From the human T2T-CHM13v2.0 reference genome, Homo sapiens, in the NCBI RefSeq assembly GCF_009914755.1, contig NC_060931.1: a stretch of DNA of 64,000 nt; one strand, 5' to 3'. Made by a program: the position numbers and the translations under genes. This document shows, piece after piece, positions 16,685 through 29,575 of the stretch. Numbering within the stretch: position 1 is the stretch's first letter; every line of letters begins with the position of its first letter. The notes under the pieces are model-generated. The model did no database searches, was not told where the DNA came from, and was given only the letters and a program-made list of their open reading frames with translations.

Positions 16685-16950
16685 AATCACTTTTCTTAAA
16701 AATTAAATATTTTATTTTGAGATAATTGCTGATTCACATGCAATTGGAAGAAATAACACAGAAATATCTTGTGCATTTCTTATACTGCTTCCCCAATGTT
16801 AACATGGTATCTTGCTGTCTTTGGTATCTTGCAAAATTATAGTACAGTATCACAATCAGGAGGCTAACATTGGTATAATCCACTGTTCTTACTCAGGCTT
16901 TCCCAGTTTTACTCGTACATGAGTGTGTGTGTGTAGGAGTGGAGGTTATA

Positions 16951-18188
16951 CAAGTGGTCTTCAAAAAGTTCATGGAAAATGTGTATTATGAAAAAAACTA
17001 TGAATGGATTTGCACCAAAATAAACTTGTAGTAACTTATTATCACATTTCTGAGCAGGATCTAGTTTAAGGCATTACGTAGGATAACACGTCAGTTTGAA
17101 AAGAGTCCCTGTCACAGCAACATGGATTTGTTAATATTGGAGCAAAAACAAACATTAAATTTATGGTGAGTCTTGGGTAGAAGAATGGTGAAATCATTGA
17201 TACTTTACAAAAAGTTTATGGGAACAATGCCTCAAAGAAATCAGTAGTTTACAAATTCATTTTTTAAAATGACAATATAATGTTGAAGATAAAGTTCATA
17301 GAGGCAGATCATCCGCATCAATTTGTGAGGAAAAAATTCATCTTGTTTGTACTCTAATGGAAGGAGCCTGACCACAGCACAAACAATAGCCACCACCATA
17401 GACATCTCAACTGGTTCACTTTACACAATTATGATTGAAAAATTAAAGTTGAGCAAACTTTCCACTTCGTAAGTGCAAAAGCTGTTGTGTCCAGATGAGC
17501 TGCAGACAAGCAGAGTTTTCAACTGAAATTTTAATCAAGTAGAATCAAGATTCTAAAACATGTCTTTGTAGTGTTGTAACAGGAGATAAAATATGGCCTT
17601 ACCAATACTGTTCTGAAGACAAAGCACAAGATTTGACTCAGAGGTCAGAGCAAAAGCAGACCAGTCAAGAGCAAAAGTCACGGAAATGGCCTTTTGGGAT
17701 GCTCCAGGCATTTTGCTTGTTGACTTTCTGGGCGGCCAGTGAAGGATAACATCTCCTTGTTAGTGTTCTGAGAACATTAGCCAAAGCTTTAGTGGAAAAA
17801 CACCCAGGAAAGCTTCACCAGAGAGTCTTTCTTCACCATAGCGGTGCTCCTGCTCAGTCCTATGATGAAATTTTGTGAGAGTTTTCATAGAAAAGCATTA
17901 GATATTCATCTCACAGTCCTGATTTGGCTCTGTCTGACTTGTGTTTGTTTGTAATCTTAAAAAATATTTAAAGGTCACCCATTTCTCTTCAGTTAATAAT
18001 GCAAAAAAGAGCGCATTGACATGGTTAAATTCCCAGGACCCTCAGCTCTTTATAGGGATCGACTAAATGGCTGGTGTCATCACTTTCAAAAGTGTCTTGA
18101 ACTTGATAGAACTTACATTGAGAAATAAAGTTTATATTTTATGTTTTAGTTTTTTAATTTTTTCAATGAGCTTTTTGGAGTTCGCTCG
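16951..18188 (+). mobile_element. Near full-length Hsmar2 mariner DNA transposon
   Basis: TIRs CAAGTGGTCTTCAAAAAGTTCATGGAAA / TTTCAATGAGCTTTTTGGAGTTCGCTCG; TA at 16949-50 and 18189-90; mariner transposase remnants. Confidence 0.92.
17122..18128 (+). pseudogene. Hsmar2 transposase, decayed
   Basis: Remnants TNIKFMV, KVYGNNASKKS, VTGDKIW, LHHSGAPA and SPDLALSD, with stops and frameshifts. Confidence 0.85.
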
Positions 18189-19516
18189 TATTACATTTCA
18201 TGCCGTTTTATCACATGTGTAGGTTAGTGCATTCACCATAGTCAAGGTACAGAACAGTTCCATCACCACAAGGATCCCTTAGGTTGCCCTTTCATAGCCA
18301 CACCCATGTTCTTTCCGCAACACCCCCACCACCCCCAAGTGCTGACCACCACTAATCTGTCACTTATCCTAGTCTATAAATTTGGCTTCCCAAAATATTA
18401 TTTAAATAGAAGCCTACAGCTTATAATCTTTCAGATCAGCTTCTTTTCACTGAGTGCATTTCTCTGAGGATGTATCCAAGTTGTTACATGTGTAAATAGT
18501 TCATTTTTTCATTTCTTTGTGTTTCATGGTATGGATGTATCATAGTTTGTATAACCATTCCTCTGTTGAGATGTTTCCATTTGGGGATATCATGAATAAA
18601 TTTATATACAGGTTTTTACATGAACATGCATTTATATTATTGTGGAATAAATATCCAAGAGTGCAAATGCTGACTTTTATGTTTACATATTTAGATTTAT
18701 AAGCAATTGCCAAACTGTTTTCCAAAATGGCTGTACCATTTTACATTCCCACCAGCAATGTATGAGTGATCTAGTTTCTCTACATCCTCACTAAGATTTG
18801 TGTTGTCACTACTTTTTTTATTTTAACCATTCTAATAAAAGCATATGCTATCTTATTGTGGTTTTAATCTGTATTTCCTTAATGGAAAATAATATTGAAT
18901 ATCTTCCTATGTACTTATTTTCCATTTCCATATTCTCATCAGTGAAGTGGCTGTTCATATCTTTTGCTCATTTTCTATTAAATTATTTGTTTTTTTACTT
19001 GAGTTTTCATATTTTTTAAATGCTACTCCTTTCTCCAGTATGTGTTTTGAAACTATTTTCTCTCAGTCTGTAGGTAGCTTTTTTTTCATCCTCTTAACGA
19101 ATGAAACATCCTCTGTCTTTCACAGAGCAAAGGTTTCTAATTACAAGGTTTAACGTTTCAGTTTTTCCTTTTATGGATCAAGCTTTTGGTGTCATCTAAG
19201 AATTTTTGCTTATCCCTAAATCTCTAAAATTATGTCCCATTTTTTCCTACAACTTTTAGTGTTTGTGTTTTAATCTATTTTTTTCAGGGGCTTTTTTGTT
19301 GTTGTTTAATTTGTGAGGTATAGGCTAATATTCTTTTTGTTTGCCAATGGAATATAATCTATCCAACATCATTTGTTGATAAGATTATCTTTTCTCTACT
19401 GAATTGTTTTTGTACCTTTTAAAAAACTGCACAAGTAAATATGTTTGGCTAATTTGAAATGTCTTAAAATAGAAACGGTTACTTTCAATCTTTTAATTCA
19501 TATTTCTCATCTATAA

Positions 19517-19529
19517 CCACTAGATGGCG
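19517..19529 (+). promoter_or_regulatory. CTCF motif CCACTAGATGGCG
   Basis: Close match to the CTCF core with the CpG retained. Confidence 0.7.
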
Positions 19530-19944
19530 AGATTGGCTTTTATAAGTTTATAAATTATTAGCAACAGGTCCCTGAAATTTTTGATATGGCCTTAGTGAAA
19601 TTTTATACTCAGAGCTTTAATGTATTATAGTTGTTAAAAAAGTAATTTTACAAAAAGAGCTCTAAATATTTAAGGAGAAGTACAATATTAGTTTATTTTA
19701 GAATGTTAGAACCCTCATTCAGTTTTAATAGTGAACTTAGAAAATGAGACAGAAATTAGGCAAATGTTAAGCACTAAGGTAGTGTACATGTGAGTCCTCA
19801 TGCGTCATTTTTCAAGAACTGTATATTTTTCTAATTCACAGAAAAAATATAAAATTCCTTGATGAATCTTTTAATAAGTTGTCTTTTTTTTTACATTTTT
19901 TTCATGTGTATGTCCATACTTACATATTATAGGCCTTGATTTCC

Positions 19945-19971
19945 AAAAAAAAAAAAAAAAAAAAAAAAAAA
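19945..19971 (+). repeat. A27 homopolymer with no attached retroelement body
   Basis: Directly visible. Confidence 0.95.
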
Positions 19972-20863
19972 GCCCTTTCAATTAGAAAGATGTTTATTGA
20001 CTTTGAAGACAAAGATATGAAGAACAAAGATTTGTCAAAGTGAGAAGAAATCTGTTGGGAAACATTTGTATTTTGCGATAGCTCTGTGAGATGTCTGTAA
20101 TTTTTTACTGAAATATTTGAATCCATTTCATTAGTGTTAATTATTATTAGATATACTTATGTTAGTAAAATGAATACATGCATTGGATTGTGCTTCCAGT
20201 TTGTCATTTACCTAAAAGAAGTGTGGGAGTGCTCATTACCTGATGACATTGAGTAGTATAGCGAGCAAAACCTGGTTAAAATAGAAAAAAAAAAATCCAT
20301 GTGTTTCTTTAATAGTCCTTCTCACTGTTCTATATGTCTGCTAATTATTAAATATCATTTTTACATTTTTTCTTGAGGAAACTACTTATTTAACATGGAA
20401 ACTTATCTAATGAGGTATTGAGAGAAAGAGGGAGAGAGAGGTGTTCTGATGCATTTTTCACATACTCTAGAAATATATAAGCTATACTACATATCTACAG
20501 AAGTATAATTATAGTTTTATAGTTATAAATATAACAATTATTTTTTTAATTGCCAGATTTTAGGCTATGTGGAAAAAAAATTATTTAATTGCTGAAGCTA
20601 TATTTAATTTTCTCATCATTTAACTTTTAGAGACATCAGTTTATTAAGTCAGCAATTGCTATAAAGCACTTTCTTCACTCAGCTTCATGAATACCATTTT
20701 ATCATTAAGTCTTTAAAAGATCAATGTATAACCATGTGGCATGATGGAAAATCTGGGCTTAAGACAGGTTCAAGACCTAGGTCTTTCATTTTAACTTACT
20801 ATGTAATTAACCTTACGTTTTAAAAAATTCTGTTATGTACCAGGCACTATAATAAACTCTTGA

Positions 20864-20950
20864 GATAGATAGATAGATGATAGATTGCCAGCTACATGTC
20901 CCAAGTGTTTATAATAGCTATCGATTTATCTATCATCTGTCTATCAATCA

Positions 20951-20982
<32 letters not shown>
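20864..20982. repeat. (GATA)n ... (TATC)/(TCTG)n microsatellite cluster within a MIR relic
   Basis: Directly visible; MIR-like flanks (GTACCAGGCACT; ATTTTATGGAACAGAAAC...AGGTTTAAGTCACTGGCC). Confidence 0.85.
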
Positions 20983-20983
<1 letters not shown>

Positions 20984-22033
20984 GTCTTGCTTCATCTTAA
21001 TAATGACCCTACACTTCAGGTAATAGTACTCACATTTTATGGAACAGAAACCATGGCTCTGCAGGTTTAAGTCACTGGCCTGGGATAACAGAGCTGGCCA
21101 GTGGCAGATGGAGTATTTGAACACATCTTATTCTGAAGCCTACTTTACCTCAACTTCATCCTTTTACTACTCTGGGCTAGCTCCATCTATGTCATCTGTA
21201 AAATGGGCAAATACAAGAACATGAATCCTAACATACTTCTGATTCTAAAATATTCCTCTCTGGTGTTGTGAGGGAAGATTTTCAGCTCTTTCGGAGTTGA
21301 CTTAGTTCCCCAAGGCATTCGTTTTACCAAAGCAGCACTCACCAAGGTCAAGGAAAACCTTTGAAATTTCCAGTTAAAAAAATAGACATGCATATATGTA
21401 TAAAATATCCTCTTATGATCTTTGATAGTATTTAGTATTTTTACTGATTAAAGTTTTTTTTTCTTTTTCTGGGATAAGAACTACTCCAAGAACATGACAA
21501 CTAGCAGAAAATGAGAGCTGAAGTAGTGTGATGAAATGGAAAGGAACATTTCATTAGTAACTGTAGAGAAAGGAAAAATGAGCTGTTCTTGCTCATAATG
21601 TGGATCCAGTAGAAAGTACCAGACCCAATAAACAAATAATTGATTAGAAATATAGCCAAGAACATAGATTCCAAGAGATACCTTTTATAATCCAGGATTC
21701 TGTTACCTGATTTGGTTCCATAATAAAAACAAGCACTTACTAACAATTATACATGACATTTATGTTATTTTATACTCTGCAGAAATCTACTTACTGTATT
21801 CTTTCTCAGTCTTATTTCAAGCAATTAAAAAATTGTTTGTCTTGTCATGTTGAAGGTCTCAGTTAATGTAAAGTTAATAAAACCGAATCCTTGTCCTGTC
21901 CCCTATAATAGTGTAGAAGGCAAGAATAAAAACTCAATTGTCATATATATGTGATTTGTTTATTCTTATAAAGATATATAAATATATAGTGAATTAGTAA
22001 TAATGAGATAAGCTTGTCCTCTGAGCTTTCCAG

Positions 22034-22046
22034 CCACTAGATGGAG
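22034..22046 (+). promoter_or_regulatory. Candidate CTCF motif CCACTAGATGGAG
   Basis: One mismatch to the core, preceded by CAG. Confidence 0.55.
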
Positions 22047-25044
22047 AACATGCTTTGTGAAATAGTATATGAGAATGAGGAAATCAAGCCAACTTAACTT
22101 TGCTGTCTGGGCAAAATTTGTTAATTTGGGTCATATATTAGACTTTTCTGTTTTAGTGGTCAATGTGGTTCAATTTTAAGTTAGGGCATAATTTGCACAA
22201 TAACTAAAGTTGAAATTAATACTCAGAAACAAACCATACTCTATTTAGAACTAAAATCCATTAAGTTGTCTGAATTACAGGAAGAAGCTGACCAATGAAG
22301 ATAAAGCCAATTTGTTACATTGGAACAGCTGAACTGGTGAAAAAATTAATATAGCATCCAGCAATCAAAGGATAGGATTAAACTCCAATGAAGTCACTTT
22401 GTTTCGTTTTTAACTCTTAAGAAGATCGTTAGCCAAACTGTTTCAAATGGCACCTGGGTTAACACTATCATGAAAATTTTTTTGATCTAGCAAACTTGAA
22501 ATAATGGCTTCACATTTCTTAATTTCCAGCTTTTAAGCAAATTATTCTGGACTTTGACATCAGTGATCTATGTGGATAGTAACATAGCTATTTTAAATAT
22601 GCTTGCTCATCCCTCGACTAGTCAAAATTAGGCAGGAAAATGTTATGCTACGGCAGGCAGCCTTATGATGACTGAAATTATAGAAATTACATAAAATTAT
22701 GTCAACAAATGGCAATAACTTGATATATCAAAATATAGATAACTCTTTTAAGATGTAATTCTGGCCCTCTTAGTCAAGCGTTTATCTTGAGGGGCCATAT
22801 TGGCAACTAATTTATACAGGACAAAAGTAAAAGAAGAATCTCTATGAATAGATGGGCAGTGATTGAGTTTAGGTGCCAAGGACAATGCTGAATTTTGGGG
22901 CAGTTTTTCCAGTGTTATTGTCCAAGAATGGGAAAGTAACTTTTGCCAAGAAAATTCAATGTTCTACAAGCATAACACCATATGTATATGGCAGAGTCGA
23001 GTTGATTGCCATGATTATCTCTCTAGTAAATACCATCAATAGCCTCTACATTAAAAATAAAATTGGAATGTTGAAGAACACAAGTACAAAAATAAAGCCT
23101 TAATAAACTAAATTACATTAAAATGATGTTTTATTATTTTATGTTGATTTTATATTATTGCTCAGGAAAATGGACACTCTGCATTTGCCAAGTGGAATAA
23201 CACATACAAAAGCCCAAGTATATGAGGGTAAATGTTTTCCAAATGTCAAAGTTCTGTAAGAGGATAGCATTTAGTATTTTCTTGTGTTGTTAGACTAGAG
23301 AACGATTTCACAATTAGCAGTTTGTCAGAATCATCTGGAATTTTTTTTTACATTTTTATTTTCTTTTAATACAAATACCTTGGGTAGAACTGTAAATATT
23401 ACAATTTAATAAATCTTATGGGTTTCTCAGGATATTCAGGCCTGGAAACCTTACATTAGGCCACATACCTTCTTCCCAGTAGGGTTTAGACCTTGTCTGC
23501 CATTGTAGCATCTGTGCCCAATACAAAGCATAGTCCAAAGTAGAATCTTAGTAACAGTTCAGTAAATAGATGATTAGGGATACTCTCAGCAGTAATAGCA
23601 AGTGATACTGTTCTAATTGCATGAGTAATTATTGTTCTTATTCTTCATTTTCTCATTGCTGTATCCCCAGTGCCTTTTACATGATCTATAATAGAGAAAA
23701 AGCTAATGGGTACTTGTTTAATGAACAGGTAAACATTCAGAATGCCCTAAAAATGCAGATGTTTCTACCTGAGAATCAACACATAGACCTTGTCAAATCC
23801 ACAATCAAGCTTTATTTATTCAAGGTGCCATGTTTATCACTTACAGGGATGGCTTCCAGCCACCTGAGCCTTCTCCCTCCTAATAGATTTATCCTTATCA
23901 AGATTCCCTGAAATACTGAATGGTCCTTGACTGCTAGAATTTTGACAGAAGTTGGAATGTAGTAACCCATACTAAAAGTACTGTTAGTAATTCAAGAAAT
24001 ACAACGGTAAAATTGGATTTCAACCTTTTAGTTTTATTCCTGTGTACACTTACTTCATGTTAGGAAGTGCTAAAATAAAGCAATACAATACCTATTACAT
24101 TTGCTTGCAGCAGAAAAATAGGTGACATGTTAGTTTTTTTTCCCCTCACCTATGCAGTTCTGTCTGTAATTTAGTGAGATGACTAATGGCTCAAATACAG
24201 AAAAGCCAACTTTAAATGGATTATTTTGTGACTGTCTCAGTCAAACACTTCATGACTGCAAACATTTTTATTCCACTAATTTAATTGTTTTATTTTGTTA
24301 TTCAAAATTAAACTCAGAAGAAAAGAAACTTACCTCTCAAGTCAACAATGAATCTTCCTCCCATTTGAAGTGGTATTAAGAATGTACAAGAAAGTTTGTT
24401 TCTTTGTTTATATAGCACTATCTAAATGTTGTTTCATCTGAAATAAATTAAGCAGTTCCACAGCCCCACTTTGGAAACATACACCAACTTAATAAAGACT
24501 GGATATGAAAGTTTCGGAAATGTAGGGAACTTAAAAATTAGGAGTGTCCCATTCATGTCTGTAATAAGACTTTTCAGGGAAGGGATAGTCGGGAAGAGAG
24601 TCCATATGATGTTGAAAGTCAATAAAATGTCCGAGAACCAGAACAGCTCCTTTTCGTTCTTTGGTGACTATATTGAAGACTTTGTTAAATCATCACTTTA
24701 AATTTGTGAAGAGGTAGAATTCTAATTCAGATTTTCCCATTCCCATTGCTCTCTTTCGTAAAAGTCCCTGTCATTTTTTCCAAGCCTCCTATTCTTCCAT
24801 GTTATGCCTCAGATATTACAGTCTAGGATGACTGATACAAGTGCCTAACAGCACATAATGTTATACATCATCTGTAGCTTGTACAGTTTTTATTCCAAAG
24901 GTCCTTTGCTCAAACCTTTAATTGACCAACTCAATCTACAAAGCTCTGTGCAGATACCACCTCTTCTGGGGTTTCTAACTCACTCTAGTTGACTTGCAAT
25001 ATTTTCCCATGTGTTCCTTTAGCTTCCTATGCATGCATTTACAA

Positions 25045-25195
25045 CAATGGTTCTCAACTTTGCTGAATCATGAAAGGATATCTGGCCCCCATACAAAATA
25101 ATTTTCTATTAATTGGACTAGTTTACTGCCTTAGCATTGGGATCTTAAAAGCTTCCAAAGTGATGCTAATACACAGCCAAGGTTGAGAACCACTG
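25045..25195. mobile_element. MER5A-type hAT-Charlie MITE
   Basis: TIRs CAATGGTTCTCAAC / GTTGAGAACCACTG. Confidence 0.85.
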
Positions 25196-25276
25196 TTCCA
25201 TGGTTTTATCTTATTTTATTGAAATTTTCTGTTTGTATGTCTGAACCTTCTGTGTGGTCAAGAATTATGCCATGCT

Positions 25277-25571
<295 letters not shown>

Positions 25572-27176
25572 TTATATCATGGTTATTTGATTTACAGAAT
25601 TACTGCCAAATAGCATATACATACCCAAAAACAGTTGATGACATAAATTGAATTAATGAGAGAGAGCCTAGAAAGAATCAGATTTGAGGAAGTCATGAGG
25701 ATTCCTTTAAGCGGTTGAATGTGAATAAAAAGAGAGAAATAGTGGGTGAGGGCTATATAGTAGATAGGCTGTTCCTTAAATTAAAACATGGTTATATTTA
25801 TATGCAGAAAGCAAGTGAGGGAGAAATCAATGAAATTTGAAAGCCCCTAAGAAGAGAGCATAGTTATTTAAGTAGATAGGAGAAAGAGAAAAATACAGAT
25901 TCGTATGCATTTAAACTCATAAAGGAAGAAAAAACATGGCCCAGTCAAAATTTCTGTACCATTCCTTTATGATAAGAATATACAAAATGCACTGAAGAAT
26001 TAAAAATGAGAAAAACAACATCCTTAAATTTGAAAGACAAGGTTACCAGTCACTCCACTAACCCAAAACAATGCAACATTTCTAAGAAGAGGCAGTATCT
26101 CTGTCATTGACTTTTCCTAGTACAAGCCAGTCCCACAAAGTATAAGAATTTACAACAATACGTATAAAATTAAAGTGCAAACAAGTATGAACCAAAAACT
26201 TAAGGAATGAAACTCCCGAAAAGCAGTATGTGTGATGTCTTTATTTTGTAAAGATTGTGTTTTCTATTACCTCATTATGGTTTTCTGCTTTCTGTATACC
26301 CTGCTTCTGCTTTTTATTTTTTTCTTTATTTCTTTTATAAAAAGTCCTCTGAGACATTTAATTTGCAGAGCACTAGAGAAAAATTTCACCAAAAATGAGG
26401 AAGTAAAGTGAAATTTAAACAATGACCTTCCCTTTCCTCAGACATACACACGTGTAACAGATTTATACGCCTTATTGTAAACATTCTGCTACATCTTTCC
26501 TCCACCCGCTACAAGGAGTTAGAGAATCTGCTTTTAACAAGGAAGATAAATGTACCAAATGTCACTGAGCCTCAGGGGGATCAGAGATGGTAAAACAAGT
26601 GGTTTAATGTTCTGATTTTCTTTTTCTAATGCATGCACTGAGTTATATTTTCAACCAATCTCTGAAACCACACAGCAGAGTCTGACCTCTGTGTGGGCTA
26701 AGAAACATTCGCACCAATGAATCAAGCAGATAAACAATCATTCTCTTATGGTAGGTATGTGAATGGTTTCAAAGGAATGATGTCAATAGATGAGGATGAC
26801 ATTTCATTGTATTGGATAAGGACTATTTATGTGCAACACAGCAATGATATTTATATAGAACTTTTATTTCTAAGCTGGTTTCTTTTAAGCACTAGTTATC
26901 TTTATTGTTACTCTTTCTCATGGCTGACCTTCAGCATAATAGAACAGGCTATTACTGAGCATTAATGAGCTTTAAGACGATCTAGTTAGTGTGCCTCCAC
27001 ATATCTGACAACTTACTGTCATAGATGGGTATGAAATTTACTTAAAAAGGAAATTGATTATAACAGCCATGAGCAACACTGAGTTTAACGAAAGGAAAAA
27101 AGAATGCAGGAGAGTTGGAAAGTAAGATTTAAAGTCAGAAAGCCAGAAAGAAAGCAAGAAAGAAAAAAGGAAGGAA

Positions 27177-27604
27177 TTTTTATGGATACTTAATGGTAGA
27201 ACATATTTATGCGCTATACGTGATATTTTGATAAAAGCATTCAATGTGTAATGATCAAATCTGGATAAGTAGAATATCAAGCACCTCAAATATTTATCAT
27301 TTCCTTGTATCAGAAACATTCCAAATCTACCCTTCTAGTTTCTTTGAAATATACAATAAATTATTGTTAATTATAATCACCCTATTGTGTAATAAAACAC
27401 GAGATCTTATTCTTTCTATATTTTTGTACCCATTAACCAATCCAGCAATGCCAGCACAGGGTATACATACAAAAGAAAGTGTATCAATACATTGAAGAGA
27501 TATCTGCACTTCCACGTTTATTGTAGCACTATTTAAAATAGCCAGGACATGGAATCAACCTAAATGTTCATCAATGAATGGATGGATAAAGAAAATGTAT
27601 GTTT

Positions 27605-27647
<43 letters not shown>

Positions 27648-28000
27648 CACATATATATCTCACAACTTACTGTCATAGATGGATATGAAATTTACTTAAA
27701 AAGGAAATTATGCATATATATATATGTATACACACACACACACTCACACACACACAAACCCCAAAATATTCTGCCATAAAAAACAAAACCCTGTCATTTG
27801 CAACATGTATGGAACTGGGGGACATTACATTGTGTGAAATAAGCCAGACACAGAAAGACAAATGTTGTTTGTGTGTTCTCACTCATATGGGGAAGCTAAA
27901 AAAAATGATCCCATGGAGGTAGTGAATAGAATGGTTGTTACTGGGAAAGACAGTGGGGAGGAGGATAAGAAGGAGTTGGTTAATGGGTACAAAAGTACTA
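27177..28000 (-). mobile_element. L1MA 3' fragment with 5' inversion (27177-27443 minus; 27444-28000 plus)
   Basis: Reverse 3' terminus is joined to forward ORF2-end/3'UTR sequence; TTGGTTAATGGGTACAAAA occurs in both halves in opposite orientation. Confidence 0.85.
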
Positions 28001-28604
28001 TCTATGCATACATATATATGTGTGTGCTCATAGTTCACCAGTAAGTGAAATGTTTAAAGAGCTAGATATAGGAAAAAAACAGGCAGGCATATTTAATAGT
28101 AATTTCATAGCAAGTTACCCTCAATAGTGCTTTAACATATTTAAGTGTTTATCTTTCCATAATTAAACCATTTCAACATATCCTGATTGCTACTGTCTGA
28201 ATCATTTGCCTAAATGATGATGTCAGCACTTTATTTAACCACCTTCAATGCCTCCTCACTTATTTTCCAATAAATCCATATTCCATAACTCAAACATTTA
28301 GGTTCTTCTTAAGTTTATATTAACCTATATGACCAGCCTTACACTTTCCCAGTACAAATCTTCTGGGAAACTCAAGGTAGCATATCCACAGTTGCAGAAC
28401 ATGACATGCTTTCTTGCTTACTCTGTGCTTATGCTCATATAGTTTTTTCTGCCAGGAGTTCTTTTGCCATCCTCACCTTGGCATTTGGAGTTTTATCCAT
28501 TTGGCCACCCACAAATGAAGTGACTACTAGCAAAATAACTACTTAATTTACCCCCAGATGATCCTTCACAATTCTGCTGTTTTTGTCAGAAAATCCCAAA
28601 TGAA

Positions 28605-28639
28605 GGAGTCTCTGAGCCTACTCTGGCTTAGGAGGCTGC
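28605..28639 (+). mobile_element. 35-bp fragment resembling a MER51-type ERV1 LTR R region
   Basis: GGAGTCTCTGAGCCTACTCTGGCTTAGGAGGCTGC matches the recalled MER51 LTR; similar to the MER57A LTR start at 49580. Confidence 0.6.
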
Positions 28640-29241
28640 TCTCCCCCCACAAAATAAATCCTCAAACGATACCTTAATTGTCTTAATTTATGTAACTCAG
28701 TTTATATGTGGTACCAAAGAGCTTTTTAGAGAATGATACGTAAAAGTTTGAAAAAGAAAAAAATTGGCTGTCCCAAAGCCATAGTCTTTTATTATTTGTG
28801 AATACATTTTAGGAGTTTCTTTTATGAATGACATTAGGCCTAGAACTACATAGTATGTGTGCATGCATGCATGTGCACACGCACACATTTGTGTGTGCTT
28901 TGTTACATATGTTGGACAAGTATCTCCTAATATTAAATTTTGGAACAAAAATCCTATGTAAAACATCATTAGTAGAAAATAAATATCTTCAGATTGTCTA
29001 CCCTAACATTTAAAAGATATGCTCAATGATTATTACCACTGTCCTTACTATCCATAATCAACTGGATCCCTACATACCCTGCTTCAGCCATCAGGATTTT
29101 CATATCCTACAAAATCTAAGTGTTCTTCCTGGCTGTTGGATCCATGCTCTACTCGTTTAGTGGGGAAGCTCTGGCCATATTGAATGTTAAAGTACCTGAA
29201 GGCAGTGAACTCTCCATCACTAAAATTCAAAAACAGTCTTT

Positions 29242-29575
<334 letters not shown>

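Larger units (their letters stand above)
16698..19425 (-). mobile_element. Old L1MC/L1MD 3' fragment interrupted by Hsmar2
   Basis: Reverse 3' end TTTTATTTTGAGATAATTG..GATTCACATGCA; resumes after 18190 with reverse 3'UTR/ORF2 sequence (CATTCCCACCAGCAATGTATGAG). Confidence 0.85.

Noticed and set aside
19945-19971. Solo A27 as the tail of a retrocopy
   Set aside because: No element body, poly(A) signal or TSD visible.
24434-24701. Overlapping 62-aa and 76-aa ORFs in unique sequence as a processed pseudogene or small protein
   Set aside because: No recognisable domain, poly(A) tail or TSD; lengths are expected by chance.
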